Source: Syntrophales bacterium
Lineage (GTDB): Bacteria; Desulfobacterota; Syntrophia; Syntrophales; UBA4778
Reading direction: 5' to 3'
Assembly: GCA_963665615.2 (NCBI GenBank)
Contig: CAXXQE010000007.1
Location: 310,001-374,000, forward strand
DNA: 64,000 bases
In this document: positions 41,119 through 51,537 of the stretch, one piece after another
Layout: every line of letters begins with the position of its first letter
Numbering within the stretch: position 1 is the first letter of the stretch
Made by a program: the position numbers and the translations under genes
Notes under the pieces: model-generated
Told to the model about the DNA's origin: nothing
Databases searched by the model: none
What the model saw: only the letters and a program-made list of their open reading frames with translations

Positions 41119-43854
41119 TTACTTTTGACCCTCCAGGGCCTTGAGAGCCCCTTCGAGTTTTCGCATCTCGTCGCCGTAGCCTGCCCAGTTGCCCTGACGG
41201 ATCAGATCCTGCGCCTTACGATAATGTTCGAGCGCCTCGTTGGCAAGCCGGCGGTCTACTCCCCGAGGCAGCGGCCCGGCAACGGCTTGCTTAGGCTCCT
41301 CCCCGCGGTCCTTGAGCAGTTCCCCTCCGAAGATACGCTGCATGGCCGTCTCCAGGTTTTCCTCCATGGCGATCGCATTGCCGAAGGACAGAATGACGCG
41401 CTTCAACTCGGGCAGCTGACCCCGCTCGGCCGCCAGGTAAAGCGATTCCACATACAGGATCGACTGGTCGATGGGGATCGCCAGGAGGTTGCCCCGGATG
41501 ACCTGTGAGCCGCGCTGATTCCAGAGCGACAGCTGTTTCGAGATCTCGGTGTCCTGATCGATCCGCGCCTCGATCTGCCGGGGGCCATAGACGAGCGTCT
41601 GCTTCGGGAAGTCGTACACCACGAGCTTGCCGTAATTCGGCGCATCACAGCGGGCCGCCATCCAGGCCGACATGTTGTCGCGCCGGCTCGGCGTAAAGGG
41701 GATCATCAGGATGAACTCTTCTCGCTGCTCCTGGGGAAACTTCAGGACCGTGTAGTAGGGCTCCATCGAGCGATCTGTTCCTTGAAGCGTCCGGGAGGGA
41801 ATCGACCAGAGGTCTTCCTTGTTATAGAAGACCTGTGGATCCTGCATGTGATAGGAACGGTACATGTTGGCCTGGATGCCGAAGAGATCTCGCGGATAAC
41901 GGACATGCGCCCTCAACCCCGCCGGCATCTCGGACAGATCCCGGAAAACGCCCGGAAAGATCCGGCGATAGGTTTTGATAATCGGATCGGCGGCATCGCT
42001 GACATACAGGGTCACCGTGCCATCGTAGGCATCGACGGTCGCCTTGACGGCATTGCGGATATAATTGCCCACGCCCCGAATCGACTCCGAATAGGGAAAG
42101 CGATCGGTCAGGGTGTAGCCGTCGAGCATCCAGACGATCCGTCCTTCCGGCGTCACGACGGGATAGGGATCGTCGTCCAGATAGATGAAGGGTACGATGC
42201 GCGAGACGCGCTCCTTGATATCGCGGTGGTACATGATCCGGGTGTCGGCGGTGATGTCGTCGGACAGAAGCATCGTAAACGACTTGAAGCGCATCGCATA
42301 GAGCAGCTTCCGCCAGGCGCTCAAAGGAACGCCCCCCTTGCCGTCGTAACGCGAATAGACGTTTTGATCCCCAACAGGATAATCGAACTCCGGCCGCTTG
42401 CCCTTCACGAAGACATATTCGTTGGCGGTCTCGCCGTAGTATAGCTCTGGCCTTTTAATCCGGATATCGGCCGAGGAGACCGGCGGGATGTCCTTGATGA
42501 AAAATTCCGGAAGGCCCTCTTTCGTAATCCGGTTGACCGGACTCATCACGACGCCGTAGCCGTGCGAGTAGGTCATATGCTCGTTGACCCAGGTGCGCGA
42601 CGGCAGCGCATCGTAGGACAGCTCGCGCGGCGAGATGGCCACCTGGCGGTACGCCCCGTTGACGACATAACGGTCGTTATCGACATCGGGGAACTTGTAG
42701 TAGGTGCGGATCTCCTGAAGCTGGCCATAGGTAGACAAGAGCGGCTCATGATCCCACAGCCTGATATTCTTGATGGTGGCCTCGTTGCGCTTGAGATCGG
42801 CGAGCGTGAGCTTCTCAGACGCCGAAAAGGGGCGGACGTCGATATCGTCGAGCCGATAGGCCATGCGAGTGAACCGAATGTTGCGCTCCAGATAAGGGCG
42901 CTCCACCACAACCTCGTTCGGAACCACCTTGAATTTCTGAACCATGCCGGGATAGACGCCCCGACCGATAATCACCAGAACGATAAAAGCGCCGACGGCG
43001 TAAAAGGGAATGCGCCAGTTGCTTTTGAAGATGGAAACGACAAAGGCCACTGCAACCAGAAAACTCAAGACGATCAACGCCTTGATCGCGCCGACCTGCG
43101 TCGTCACGTCGGTATAGCCCGGGCCGAACACCACGCCGCGCTTCGTAAAGAGCAGGTCGCAGAGCTGGAGCCAGAACCCGAAAGCCATGAGCAGGAAAAA
43201 AGCCGCCCCGATAGCCGACAGATGCCCACGCGCAACTGGCGCCACCCGCCAGTGCCGCGGCGGCATAAAGAGAAAAGACCGGCGAACGAAATACAGCACC
43301 GTCACGGCCGCCGTGGTCATCAGCAGAGCCGTGAGGAGCCATAGAAAGATGGTCTTCAAAAAAGGCAATTGAAAGACGTAGAAACCGACATCCCGCTGAT
43401 AAAGCGGATCCTTGACGCCAAAGGGTTCGCCATAGAGGAACTTCAGAAACCCTTCCCATTGGGAGGCGCCGTTAAAGGCGGCAAACAGGCCGACGACAAC
43501 CGACAGAGTCAACACGACGACGTGGAGCGTCCGGTTGCCGAGTTGCAGTGCCGGAATGTTGAACGGACTATCGTGATCCAGAACGATTTTTGCCCGGGCA
43601 GACAGCCGAACCGCCAGATAGAGGTTTGCATAGAAGATCAGAAAAAAACCGCCGCCAAAGAGACCCGCCGTCTTAAGCTGTGCCAAAAAGGTCGTCATAA
43701 AGATCGTCTGATAGCCGACCTCTTGAAACCAGAACCAGTCGGTTGCCAGATCGACGAGGCGCCAGAGAAAGATCAGAAAGAAAACGATTCCGACAAAGAA
43801 AGGCAGTCCCGCGTTGCTGCGCGCCCCCGGCGCCGTGGGTTGTGGAAAAGGCAT
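41119..43854 (-). CDS. UPF0182 family membrane protein
   Basis: TDWFWFQEVGY, NIRLWD, QEIRTYYKFPDVDNDRY, NYIRNAVKATVDAYDG, LPELKRV. Confidence 0.92.
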   Translation of the reverse strand: MPFPQPTAPGARSNAGLPFFVGIVFFLIFLWRLVDLATDWFWFQEVGYQTIFMTTFLAQLKTAGLFGGGFFLIFYANLYLAVRLSARAKIVLDHDSPFNIPALQLGNRTLHVVVLTLSVVVGLFAAFNGASQWEGFLKFLYGEPFGVKDPLYQRDVGFYVFQLPFLKTIFLWLLTALLMTTAAVTVLYFVRRSFLFMPPRHWRVAPVARGHLSAIGAAFFLLMAFGFWLQLCDLLFTKRGVVFGPGYTDVTTQVGAIKALIVLSFLVAVAFVVSIFKSNWRIPFYAVGAFIVLVIIGRGVYPGMVQKFKVVPNEVVVERPYLERNIRFTRMAYRLDDIDVRPFSASEKLTLADLKRNEATIKNIRLWDHEPLLSTYGQLQEIRTYYKFPDVDNDRYVVNGAYRQVAISPRELSYDALPSRTWVNEHMTYSHGYGVVMSPVNRITKEGLPEFFIKDIPPVSSADIRIKRPELYYGETANEYVFVKGKRPEFDYPVGDQNVYSRYDGKGGVPLSAWRKLLYAMRFKSFTMLLSDDITADTRIMYHRDIKERVSRIVPFIYLDDDPYPVVTPEGRIVWMLDGYTLTDRFPYSESIRGVGNYIRNAVKATVDAYDGTVTLYVSDAADPIIKTYRRIFPGVFRDLSEMPAGLRAHVRYPRDLFGIQANMYRSYHMQDPQVFYNKEDLWSIPSRTLQGTDRSMEPYYTVLKFPQEQREEFILMIPFTPSRRDNMSAWMAARCDAPNYGKLVVYDFPKQTLVYGPRQIEARIDQDTEISKQLSLWNQRGSQVIRGNLLAIPIDQSILYVESLYLAAERGQLPELKRVILSFGNAIAMEENLETAMQRIFGGELLKDRGEEPKQAVAGPLPRGVDRRLANEALEHYRKAQDLIRQGNWAGYGDEMRKLEGALKALEGQK

Positions 43855-43991
43855 TGCAAGGTCCTCCTTCTTTTTTACGTGAGATTATCGGAGCCGCGCC
43901 GGCCTGTCAACGAATAATGCTTGATGATTTCGCCGTTTTTTCATATTTCATTATCAGCGGATCTTGACGAATCACCCACAAAGAGGCGCCC

Positions 43992-45365
43992 GTGAAATCA
44001 GACCCTTTTCAGACAGCCTGCCGGATCGCATACACCCTGCGGGGGGCCGGTTACGAGGCCTACCTCGTCGGCGGCAGCGTCCGCGATCGCCTGCTCGGTT
44101 TTACGCCACACGAATACGATATCGTCACCTCTGCCATTCCTGAGGAGATTCGCGCGCTATTCCCGAAAACAGTGCCAATCGGCGAGCGCTTCGGTGTGAT
44201 TCTCGTTGTGGAGGCGGGGCACCTCTTCGAAATCGCCACCTACCGCACGGAAAGCCATTACCTGGACGGACGACGGCCCACGCGCATCGACCTGACGGCC
44301 TCGGCCCGGGAAGATGTGCAGCGCAGGGATTTTACCATCAACGGCCTCCTCATGGACCCGGCGTCCGGAGAGATCATCGACTTCGTCGGCGGCCGCGAGG
44401 ACATCCGGCGACGGCTCATCCGGACCATCGGAGATCCTGACGCGCGCTTCAACGAAGACCACCTGCGCATGTTGCGGGCCATTCGCTTTGCAACAACACT
44501 CGGCTTCGACATCGATCCGGCCACCTGCGACGCCATTGTCCGCCATGCCCCGCTGATTGCCAATATCTCCATGGAACGCGTTCGGGAGGAACTCACCAAA
44601 ATCCTGACGCGCGGCGATTCACGCCGCGGCATGACGCTCTTGTCGGAGACCGGCCTGCTGGCTATCGTTCTGCCCGAGGTCAAGGCCATGCAGCACGTCG
44701 CACAGCCGCAGACCTTCCATCCAGAAGGAGACGTCTGGGAACACACCCTCAAAATGCTGGAGATCTTTTCGCAGCGAACGGACACGCTCCGCGCAAATGT
44801 ACGGCTGGCCTGGGGCATCCTGCTGCACGATGTCGGCAAGCCTGTCACCCGCAGCGAGAACGGCATCGGCATCCACTTTTACGGGCACGCCCGCCAGGGA
44901 GAACACATCGCACGGCGCATCCTGCGGCGTCTGCGCTTTTCGCGAGCCGTCATCGAGACGGTCGATGCCCTGATTCGCGAACACATGCGATTCATCCACG
45001 TCATGGAGATGACCCCCAATCACCTGACCCGCTTCATGCGCATTCCCGATTTTCAGCTGCATCTGGAACTGCACCGCCTCGACTGCCTCGCCAGCCACGG
45101 CCACCTCGAGGGCTACGACTACTGCGTCCGTAAACTCTCCGAAAAAACCGTGGCGGCTCTGCATCCCGCGCCGCTTTTGACAGGCCACGACCTGAAGGCC
45201 CTCGGTTTCCGGCCGGGGGCACTCTTCAGCGAGATCCTCCACGCCGTCGAAAGCGCGCAACTCGACGGACACCTTCACACCAAAGAGGAGGCAACATCAT
45301 TCGTTCTCGATCAGTGGCACGATCGGGTCGAGGGCCAGACGCCCGACGAGGGAAGCGACCGATGA
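43992..45365 (+). CDS. Class II tRNA nucleotidyltransferase with HD domain
   Basis: VGGSVRD, RRDFTING, EDHLRMLRAIRF, ERVREEL, HPEGDVWEH, LLHDVGK. Confidence 0.9.
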   Translation: MKSDPFQTACRIAYTLRGAGYEAYLVGGSVRDRLLGFTPHEYDIVTSAIPEEIRALFPKTVPIGERFGVILVVEAGHLFEIATYRTESHYLDGRRPTRIDLTASAREDVQRRDFTINGLLMDPASGEIIDFVGGREDIRRRLIRTIGDPDARFNEDHLRMLRAIRFATTLGFDIDPATCDAIVRHAPLIANISMERVREELTKILTRGDSRRGMTLLSETGLLAIVLPEVKAMQHVAQPQTFHPEGDVWEHTLKMLEIFSQRTDTLRANVRLAWGILLHDVGKPVTRSENGIGIHFYGHARQGEHIARRILRRLRFSRAVIETVDALIREHMRFIHVMEMTPNHLTRFMRIPDFQLHLELHRLDCLASHGHLEGYDYCVRKLSEKTVAALHPAPLLTGHDLKALGFRPGALFSEILHAVESAQLDGHLHTKEEATSFVLDQWHDRVEGQTPDEGSDR

Positions 45366-46150
45366 CGAAATTTACGATCTTCAAAATAGCGGCCGTCCTC
45401 GCGACACTTAGTCTGGTCGCGGGTTGCGCAGGACCGGCCATAAGAAAATCCCCGACGCCGAAGATTCAGAGAGAAGCCGTCAAGAAGCATGCCCACGCGC
45501 TGGCACGGATGGGCTATACGATCCAGGTGGGCGCCTTTGCCAATGTGAACAACGCCGCGCGGCTGACAGACGATCTGAAACGGCAGGGCCTCGATGCCTA
45601 CTACTTCCTTTACGAATCCACCCTCTACAAGGTCCGGTTCGGCAACTTCACCACCGATGCCGCCGCCAGGGCGCGGGCCGAGACTCTCAAGCAAGCGGGG
45701 ATCATCGGAGACTACTTCATCGTCGCGCCGAAGGATTACGCCGCGGCGCACGAAGCGGAATACGGCGAATCTTACATTCGCCGGAGCCTCGTCGGAACCG
45801 CGGAGAGCTTCCTCGGCGTGCCCTATCTCTGGGGAGGCGCCACGCCGGAAAACGGCTTCGATTGCAGCGGCCTGGCTATGGCCGTCTATGAATACAACGG
45901 CTTTGCGCTCCCGCGCACCTCGCACGAGCAATTCGCCGCCGGCGCCCCTGTGGACCGGGACGATCTGCAACCGGGCGATCTCGTCTTCTTCAGCGGGCCC
46001 GCCAACGGCAAGGTGACGCACGTCGGCATCTATACGGGCAACGGGCGATTCATCCACGCCCCGGGTCGTGGGAAGGTCATCTGCAGCGACAACCTGTCCA
46101 GAGACTACTTCGCCAAGCGCTTCACAGGCGCCCGATCCTATCTGAACTAG
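45362..46150 (+). CDS. SPOR + NlpC/P60 peptidoglycan endopeptidase lipoprotein
   Basis: Lipobox VAGC, YTIQVGAF, GVPYLWGG..GFDCSG, THVGIY, FIHAP. Confidence 0.92.
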   Translation: MTKFTIFKIAAVLATLSLVAGCAGPAIRKSPTPKIQREAVKKHAHALARMGYTIQVGAFANVNNAARLTDDLKRQGLDAYYFLYESTLYKVRFGNFTTDAAARARAETLKQAGIIGDYFIVAPKDYAAAHEAEYGESYIRRSLVGTAESFLGVPYLWGGATPENGFDCSGLAMAVYEYNGFALPRTSHEQFAAGAPVDRDDLQPGDLVFFSGPANGKVTHVGIYTGNGRFIHAPGRGKVICSDNLSRDYFAKRFTGARSYLN

Positions 46151-46230
46151 TCAAAGGGATATCTGCTTGACGCCATCGTCATTATTGACTATCCTGTCGT
46201 GCAACGAAAACAACGAAAGCAAGGTTGCCC

Positions 46231-47199
46231 ATGCGCTCAAAATATATTGCCCTCGCGGTCTGCCTCATCGCCTCGATGATCGCCGCCCCGTGCGCTGACG
46301 CTCAAAATAATAATCACCATAAATATCTGCGTCCTGCGTCGCATCACCACCTCAGGACGCCTGCGGCTGTCCAAGCCGGCAAGGCCGACGGTCCGTTTCA
46401 GATCAAGGCACAGTCGGCCATCCTCATGAACATGAAAGACGGCCGGATCCTCTACACGCTCAATCCGGACAAACCGATCCAGCCCGCGTCGCTGACAAAG
46501 GTTCTCTCCCTCTTTCTCGTTTATGAGGCGTTGAACCGCGGCACGGCCCACATGAACGACATGGTTACCGTCAGCCGCACTGCCTGGCAGACGGGCGGGT
46601 CGAGAATGGGGCTTCGGGCCAACAAACAGATTCCTCTCGAGGAACTCATGAAGGGCATGGCAATCGTCTCCGGCAATGATGCCTCGGTTGCCGTTGCGGA
46701 ACACTTCGGCGGTGTCGATGAATTTGTCCGCAGGATGAATCTCAAGGCCAAGGAACTCGGCATGGCGCACAGCGTCTTCGTCAACCCGGACGGGCTGCCG
46801 GCCAAGGGCCAGGTTACCACCGCAAGGGATATCCTGATGCTGTCGTGCCAGTATATCAACAAATTTCCCCAGGCTCTCGACATCCACTCGATGCGATATT
46901 TCACCTTCGGCCGGACGACTCGCGCCAATCACAACAGACTGCTGATCAAATATGACGATATGGACGGACTCAAGACGGGATTTGTCTGCGAGGCGGGCTA
47001 TCACATCATTGCGACGGCGAAGCACGGCGATACGCGACTGATCGCCGTTATCATGGGATCGAGGACCCCTTACATCCGCAACCGGGATACGCGGCTACTG
47101 ATCGAACAGGGCTTCAAGATGGTCAAGCAGGGCGGTAGCGACGATCACGACGCGCATGCCGCGCTCCGTCCGAATGTTTCCGCCGACACATCTTCTTAA
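46231..47199 (+). CDS. D-alanyl-D-alanine carboxypeptidase (peptidase S11)
   Basis: PASLTK (SxxK), SGN, KTG motifs. Confidence 0.92.
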   Translation: MRSKYIALAVCLIASMIAAPCADAQNNNHHKYLRPASHHHLRTPAAVQAGKADGPFQIKAQSAILMNMKDGRILYTLNPDKPIQPASLTKVLSLFLVYEALNRGTAHMNDMVTVSRTAWQTGGSRMGLRANKQIPLEELMKGMAIVSGNDASVAVAEHFGGVDEFVRRMNLKAKELGMAHSVFVNPDGLPAKGQVTTARDILMLSCQYINKFPQALDIHSMRYFTFGRTTRANHNRLLIKYDDMDGLKTGFVCEAGYHIIATAKHGDTRLIAVIMGSRTPYIRNRDTRLLIEQGFKMVKQGGSDDHDAHAALRPNVSADTSS

Positions 47200-47204
47200 C
47201 GGCC

Positions 47205-48116
47205 GTGAATTACATCATCGAAGCCGACAATCTGAAGAAAACCTTCGGCGCGATCATCGCTGTTGACGGGGTCAGTTTGCGTGTGGCGCCCGGCGAGTGC
47301 TTTGGACTGCTGGGCCCCAACGGCGCCGGCAAGACAACGTGCATCCGCATGATTCACGGATTCTCACCACCCACAGAAGGGACGCTGCGCGTCTTTGGTC
47401 GGGATATCCGCCGCGACTGGCGCGAGATCCGTGCCCGCATCGGTGTTTGCCACCAGGACAACAACCTCGATCCGGAACTCAACGTCCTTCAGAATCTGGA
47501 GGTCTTCGCCGCCTACTTCGACATCCCCCGAAAAGAGGCCCGACGCCGCGCCGAGCAATTGCTTGAGATGATGGCCCTCGCCCATCGCAAGGACGCTGCC
47601 GTGATGGAACTCTCCGGCGGAATGATGCGGCGCCTCATTCTCGTTCGAGCCCTCATCAACAATCCCGATCTGATTATCCTCGACGAACCCACGACGGGCC
47701 TGGATCCCCAGTCGCGTCACCAGATCTGGCGCCGCCTCGAAGAGCTCAAGCGCCAGGGCCTCACCATCCTGCTGACCACGCACTATATGGAAGAGGCAGC
47801 CGGTCTCTGCGACCGCCTGGTTATTATGGATCACGGAAAGATTCTCGTGGAGGGGACGCCAGCGGAGCTGATCGAAACGCATGCAGGCCGGAGCATTATC
47901 GAGATCAGCGATCCCGACGACGCGCTGAAACGGATGATCCAGGAGCGGGGTCTGGTTTACGAAGATCTCGGGTACCGCCTGATTCTCCATGGGGGCGACG
48001 GCGAGGCGCTCTATCACGAGATTCAACAGACCCACTGCACGACCGGATGCACACTGAGACCGGCCACCCTGGAAGACGTTTTCCTGAAGCTGACCGGACG
48101 GGAGATGCGGGAATGA
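47205..48116 (+). CDS. ABC-2 exporter ATP-binding protein (NodI-like)
   Basis: GPNGAGKTT, LSGGM, LDEPTTGLDPQ, TLEDVFLKLTG. Confidence 0.92.
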   Translation: MNYIIEADNLKKTFGAIIAVDGVSLRVAPGECFGLLGPNGAGKTTCIRMIHGFSPPTEGTLRVFGRDIRRDWREIRARIGVCHQDNNLDPELNVLQNLEVFAAYFDIPRKEARRRAEQLLEMMALAHRKDAAVMELSGGMMRRLILVRALINNPDLIILDEPTTGLDPQSRHQIWRRLEELKRQGLTILLTTHYMEEAAGLCDRLVIMDHGKILVEGTPAELIETHAGRSIIEISDPDDALKRMIQERGLVYEDLGYRLILHGGDGEALYHEIQQTHCTTGCTLRPATLEDVFLKLTGREMRE

Positions 48117-48904
48117 GAAGCCTCATCCAGTTCAATATCTCGAGGCGCTTTCTGCGCGTCTGGCAGCGGAACTTCATGGTCTATCTCAAGACCTGGAAGA
48201 TCAACTTCATTCCGCCCTTGCTCGAACCGCTCTTCTATCTGCTGGCTTTCGGCATTGGACTGAGTTCCCTGATCGGCAACGTGCGCTACGGCGGCGCCAC
48301 GGTCGGCTACGTCAACTATATCGCGCCGGCGCTCATCGCCATCGGCATCATGTATAATTCGTTTTTCGAGACGACCTATTCGTCCTTCGTGCGGATGTAC
48401 TACCAGAAGACCTTCCACGCCATCGTGGCGACCCCGCTGTCCATCGAGGAGATCATTACGGGAGAGATCGTCTGGGGCGCGACACGCTCTGTCATCGCCA
48501 CGTGCATCATGACCGCGGTCATCGGCGCTTTCGGGTTAATCCGATTCCCGGAAGGATTGCTGCTCATCCCCGTGGCGCTGATCGGCGGTTTTGCCTTCGG
48601 CTCGCTCGGGATGATCTTCACCGGCATCGTTCCCACGATCGATGTCTTCAATCTGCCGATCTTTCTCTTCATCACGCCGATGTTTCTCTTCAGCGGCACC
48701 TTTTTCCCGATCGACACCCTTCCTGCATGGGCGCAGCAGCTCGCCGTGGTTCTGCCCCTGACGCCGCTGGTCCACCTGACACGGTCGCTCACCCTGGGTC
48801 TTCTCGACGCCACGCTCCTCCGGGATCTCGCCTATCTCGTGATTTTCGGCATAGTCCTCTTTCCGCTGGCGCTGATACTTATGCACCGGCGACTCATCAA
48901 ATGA
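48113..48904 (+). CDS. ABC-2 exporter permease (NodJ-like)
   Basis: VWQRN, EPLFYL, TPMFLFSGTFFP; ATGA overlap with the ATPase gene. Confidence 0.9.
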   Translation: MRSLIQFNISRRFLRVWQRNFMVYLKTWKINFIPPLLEPLFYLLAFGIGLSSLIGNVRYGGATVGYVNYIAPALIAIGIMYNSFFETTYSSFVRMYYQKTFHAIVATPLSIEEIITGEIVWGATRSVIATCIMTAVIGAFGLIRFPEGLLLIPVALIGGFAFGSLGMIFTGIVPTIDVFNLPIFLFITPMFLFSGTFFPIDTLPAWAQQLAVVLPLTPLVHLTRSLTLGLLDATLLRDLAYLVIFGIVLFPLALILMHRRLIK

Positions 48905-48912
48905 CAGCAAGA

Positions 48913-48950
48913 AGTGAATAGTAAATAGTGACGGGTTACAAGTGACGAGT
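48913..48950 (+). repeat. Heptamer tandem array
   Basis: AGTGAAT AGTAAAT AGTGACG GGTTACA AGTGACG AGT. Confidence 0.85.
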
Positions 48951-49082
48951 GATGGTCTCGTAAAAAGTATGTTTCCGGGTCATTGCAAGCGAAGCGAAGC
49001 AATCTAACCAGCTGACAGTATGAGATTGCTTCGTCACTACGTTCCTCGCAATGACGAGTTACTCGACCTTTTACGAGTTATG
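48951..49082. mobile_element. MITE-like element (GATGGTCTCGTAAAAAGT left end) enclosing a palindromic repeat
   Basis: Degenerate right end GACCTTTTACGAG; internal GTCATTGC...GAAGCAATCT / AGATTGCTTC...GCAATGAC at 48979-49055. Confidence 0.75.
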
Positions 49083-49168
49083 GAGAGGAAACTGATAAAA
49101 TTTCGGCATTCCCACCAGTGAATATGTGCTGCTAAAAAGTTCGTCTAAAACAAGAAAGGTAATAAAAA

Positions 49169-49555
49169 ATGTTGCAGATTATTCGAGATCAATTCAAATT
49201 GCTAAAAGATAATCCGAGCAATGAACCGGTCATAATGTTAAATCTTCTAAAGTTTAAACCTGAAGGCGGAGCGGAATCTTATGCCCGTTATATCCATGAA
49301 GCAGACCGAATGATCCAGGAGGTCGGAGGGAAGATTATTTTTTTAGGAAGACTAAATGAACTTCTCACCGGTACAGAGTGTTGGGATGTGATCCTGCTTG
49401 TCGAATATCCGTCCCGCAAGGCTTTTTTGTCACTTTCAAAAAATCCGGAATATTATAAAATTTATAACATTCGTGAGGAAGCATTGGATCGGACAGTTCT
49501 TTATGCAATCGACAAAATGACATTTAAAGAATTGGCAAAGGGCAAAGAATCGTAA
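49169..49555 (+). CDS. DUF1330-like (dimeric alpha-beta barrel) protein
   Basis: PVIMLNLLKFK, WDVILLVEYPSRKAF; AT-rich codon usage. Confidence 0.85.
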   Translation: MLQIIRDQFKLLKDNPSNEPVIMLNLLKFKPEGGAESYARYIHEADRMIQEVGGKIIFLGRLNELLTGTECWDVILLVEYPSRKAFLSLSKNPEYYKIYNIREEALDRTVLYAIDKMTFKELAKGKES

Positions 49556-49567
49556 ACCAAGGGGGTG

Positions 49568-49598
49568 AGGGGGGACGTTGTTTGACAACGTTAACTTG
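49568..49598 (+). repeat. 31-bp direct repeat, copy 1
   Basis: AGGGGGGACGTTGTTTGACAACGTTAACTTG. Confidence 0.85.
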
Positions 49599-49684
49599 TG
49601 ATCCATTGTCCCATCTGGCTTTGCGGCGGTTGGAGATTATTTGGAAAAGGAAGAATTTCTTCCTGCCTTTTGTCGTTATTACCA

Positions 49685-50770
49685 TCATCCCTCCATGGCT
49701 TCTTTCTTGTTTGCAATTCTCTGCTCAGCCCATTCCAATGCGGTAGGAGGAACTTCTGATTGTGGCTTCCTAATGAGCGTAATGGCTTTTACTTGACATG
49801 TCACAAGACATACGCCACAGCCGATACATTTATCTGAATTAACATAACAGACATCGCCTTTATTTGTTATTGCATTGACACGGCATCGCTGTTCAGCGCA
49901 TGTACCACATCCCGCACACGTATTCGGGTCTATATGCGCTACAAAATTCGATGTGACCATATTCCTGGCATCGAGCTCTTTAACAGCTCTCATCAAGACG
50001 CAACAGCAGGTGCAGCAATTACAGATAAAATAAAATAAAAGATCATCGGCATTCCACGTATTATGAATGAGTCCCGCCGCCTCAGCATCATCCATTATCT
50101 TATGGGCTTCTTCCTTGGTAATGACTCTCCCGATCGGCGGCCACTTTTCCCAGTTTGTCTCCTGGTTGCTCAGCACGACTGTTTCAACTGAGTGTTTGCA
50201 GGCAGAATTATCGTATATCCTCTTCTCAATCCTGCATACGCACGGAACCGCACAGAGGGACGTTGCATCATCTATCATCCGGTGAACATCTTCAAGTCGG
50301 TGTGGCTTTGCTTCATTTTTGATTGCTTCGCCGACTGGAATCGTTCTCGCATTCGCAGGCTTATAGTCAGCCGTTTTCTTAAACGTAGGATAGTACTCTT
50401 CATAGAGTGCTGAGAATTCGCGCTTTTCGTCTTCTGTCCGATCTTCTCGATAATATTGAGATTCCCACAAGCCAGGGACCCACGGCTGAAAAACATACTG
50501 GTCCACGCCTTCATATTTCAGTGAAATGAGCTGACCATGCTTGCACATTAAATCCAATATTCTAATGGTTTCGGTTATGGATTTATTAAGCCGCAATGCT
50601 ATGGCCTCTGCTGGTTCTGGGATGGGAGATACATTGTATGCTATCTCTGCCTCCTCGGGTCGAAATATCCAACGTAGAATCTTGATTTCCACTCCGTTTT
50701 CTGCATGCGGAAATCCGTGCGGCATTTCATCCAGTTTTTCTGCTAATTTATAATAGATATCTTCCGACAT
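49685..50770 (-). CDS. 4Fe-4S dicluster ferredoxin-domain protein
   Basis: CVCR, ICNCCTCCC, CAGCGTC...C and CIGCGVCLVTC; AAGGAG RBS. Confidence 0.9.
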   Translation of the reverse strand: MSEDIYYKLAEKLDEMPHGFPHAENGVEIKILRWIFRPEEAEIAYNVSPIPEPAEAIALRLNKSITETIRILDLMCKHGQLISLKYEGVDQYVFQPWVPGLWESQYYREDRTEDEKREFSALYEEYYPTFKKTADYKPANARTIPVGEAIKNEAKPHRLEDVHRMIDDATSLCAVPCVCRIEKRIYDNSACKHSVETVVLSNQETNWEKWPPIGRVITKEEAHKIMDDAEAAGLIHNTWNADDLLFYFICNCCTCCCVLMRAVKELDARNMVTSNFVAHIDPNTCAGCGTCAEQRCRVNAITNKGDVCYVNSDKCIGCGVCLVTCQVKAITLIRKPQSEVPPTALEWAEQRIANKKEAMEG

Positions 50771-51047
50771 GGGCTGACAATCTCCTTTTACTCCAAAATT
50801 ATTTTACCACCCACCGTGTTTGCTTGATGAAGTGTGAGAGAGCTGGAATGAGAACAAGTACTCCCGCCATGACGATATGCAATTTCTTCGTGAAAGTTGA
50901 CGTGTGTCTCCATCCGCGGAAAAATCCAACGGACTTTAACGCCAATGGAAGAAAGGAGGCACGGTTGAAAGTAGACACAAAAAAGCGTAAAAAGACAAGA
51001 CAAGAATTTGAGCGGGTCTATGGCTTTTGTTGTTTCTTGGGGGCATA

Positions 51048-51078
51048 AGGGGGGACGTTGCTTGACAACGTTAACTTG
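51048..51078 (+). repeat. 31-bp direct repeat, copy 2
   Basis: AGGGGGGACGTTGCTTGACAACGTTAACTTG (1 mismatch to copy 1). Confidence 0.85.
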
Positions 51079-51331
51079 CTGGATGTGCCGGTCCCATTTT
51101 AAATCTCGCAGTTGGAGATTCTCTCTTCATCTGCCGGTACATTCTGGTAAACTTTGATTTTGTATTCTTTTCACCAGTAATCTTCAGCTCCGAAACGAGG
51201 CTGCACCGAACAGGTGTATGCGTATCCGTTAATCAGGCCATACTTATTTTGACCTGTATTTATTTGTCGCATCGAGTGCAGGTCCGGACGGGTCGAACAC
51301 TGTTGCCTTTTACTTGTCACTCGTTACTCGT

Positions 51332-51525
51332 GATGGTCTCGTAAAAAATCGAATAACGTATCAATCATAAAACAAGAGGATGACGGGCTGGGTCTCGAAC
51401 GCGAATCAAAGATTTTTCCAGCCCGACGGCATTGGCAATTTGGCGCTGAACATGACGGAAAAAGATTTTTGAGCGACAGAGAGCCGGCCCGTCATCCTCA
51501 TTCCCTGACTTTTTACAAGACCATC
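51332..51525. mobile_element. 194-bp MITE, copy 1, inside a heptamer array
   Basis: TIRs GATGGTCTCGTAAAAAATC / GACTTTTTACAAGACCATC; ACTCGT on both flanks. Confidence 0.9.
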
Positions 51526-51537
51526 ACTCGTCACCCG

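Noticed and set aside
51080..51300. Possible remnant of a transposase C-terminus next to the direct repeat
   Set aside because: Only a vague resemblance in a short frame without a start; not supportable without a homology search.
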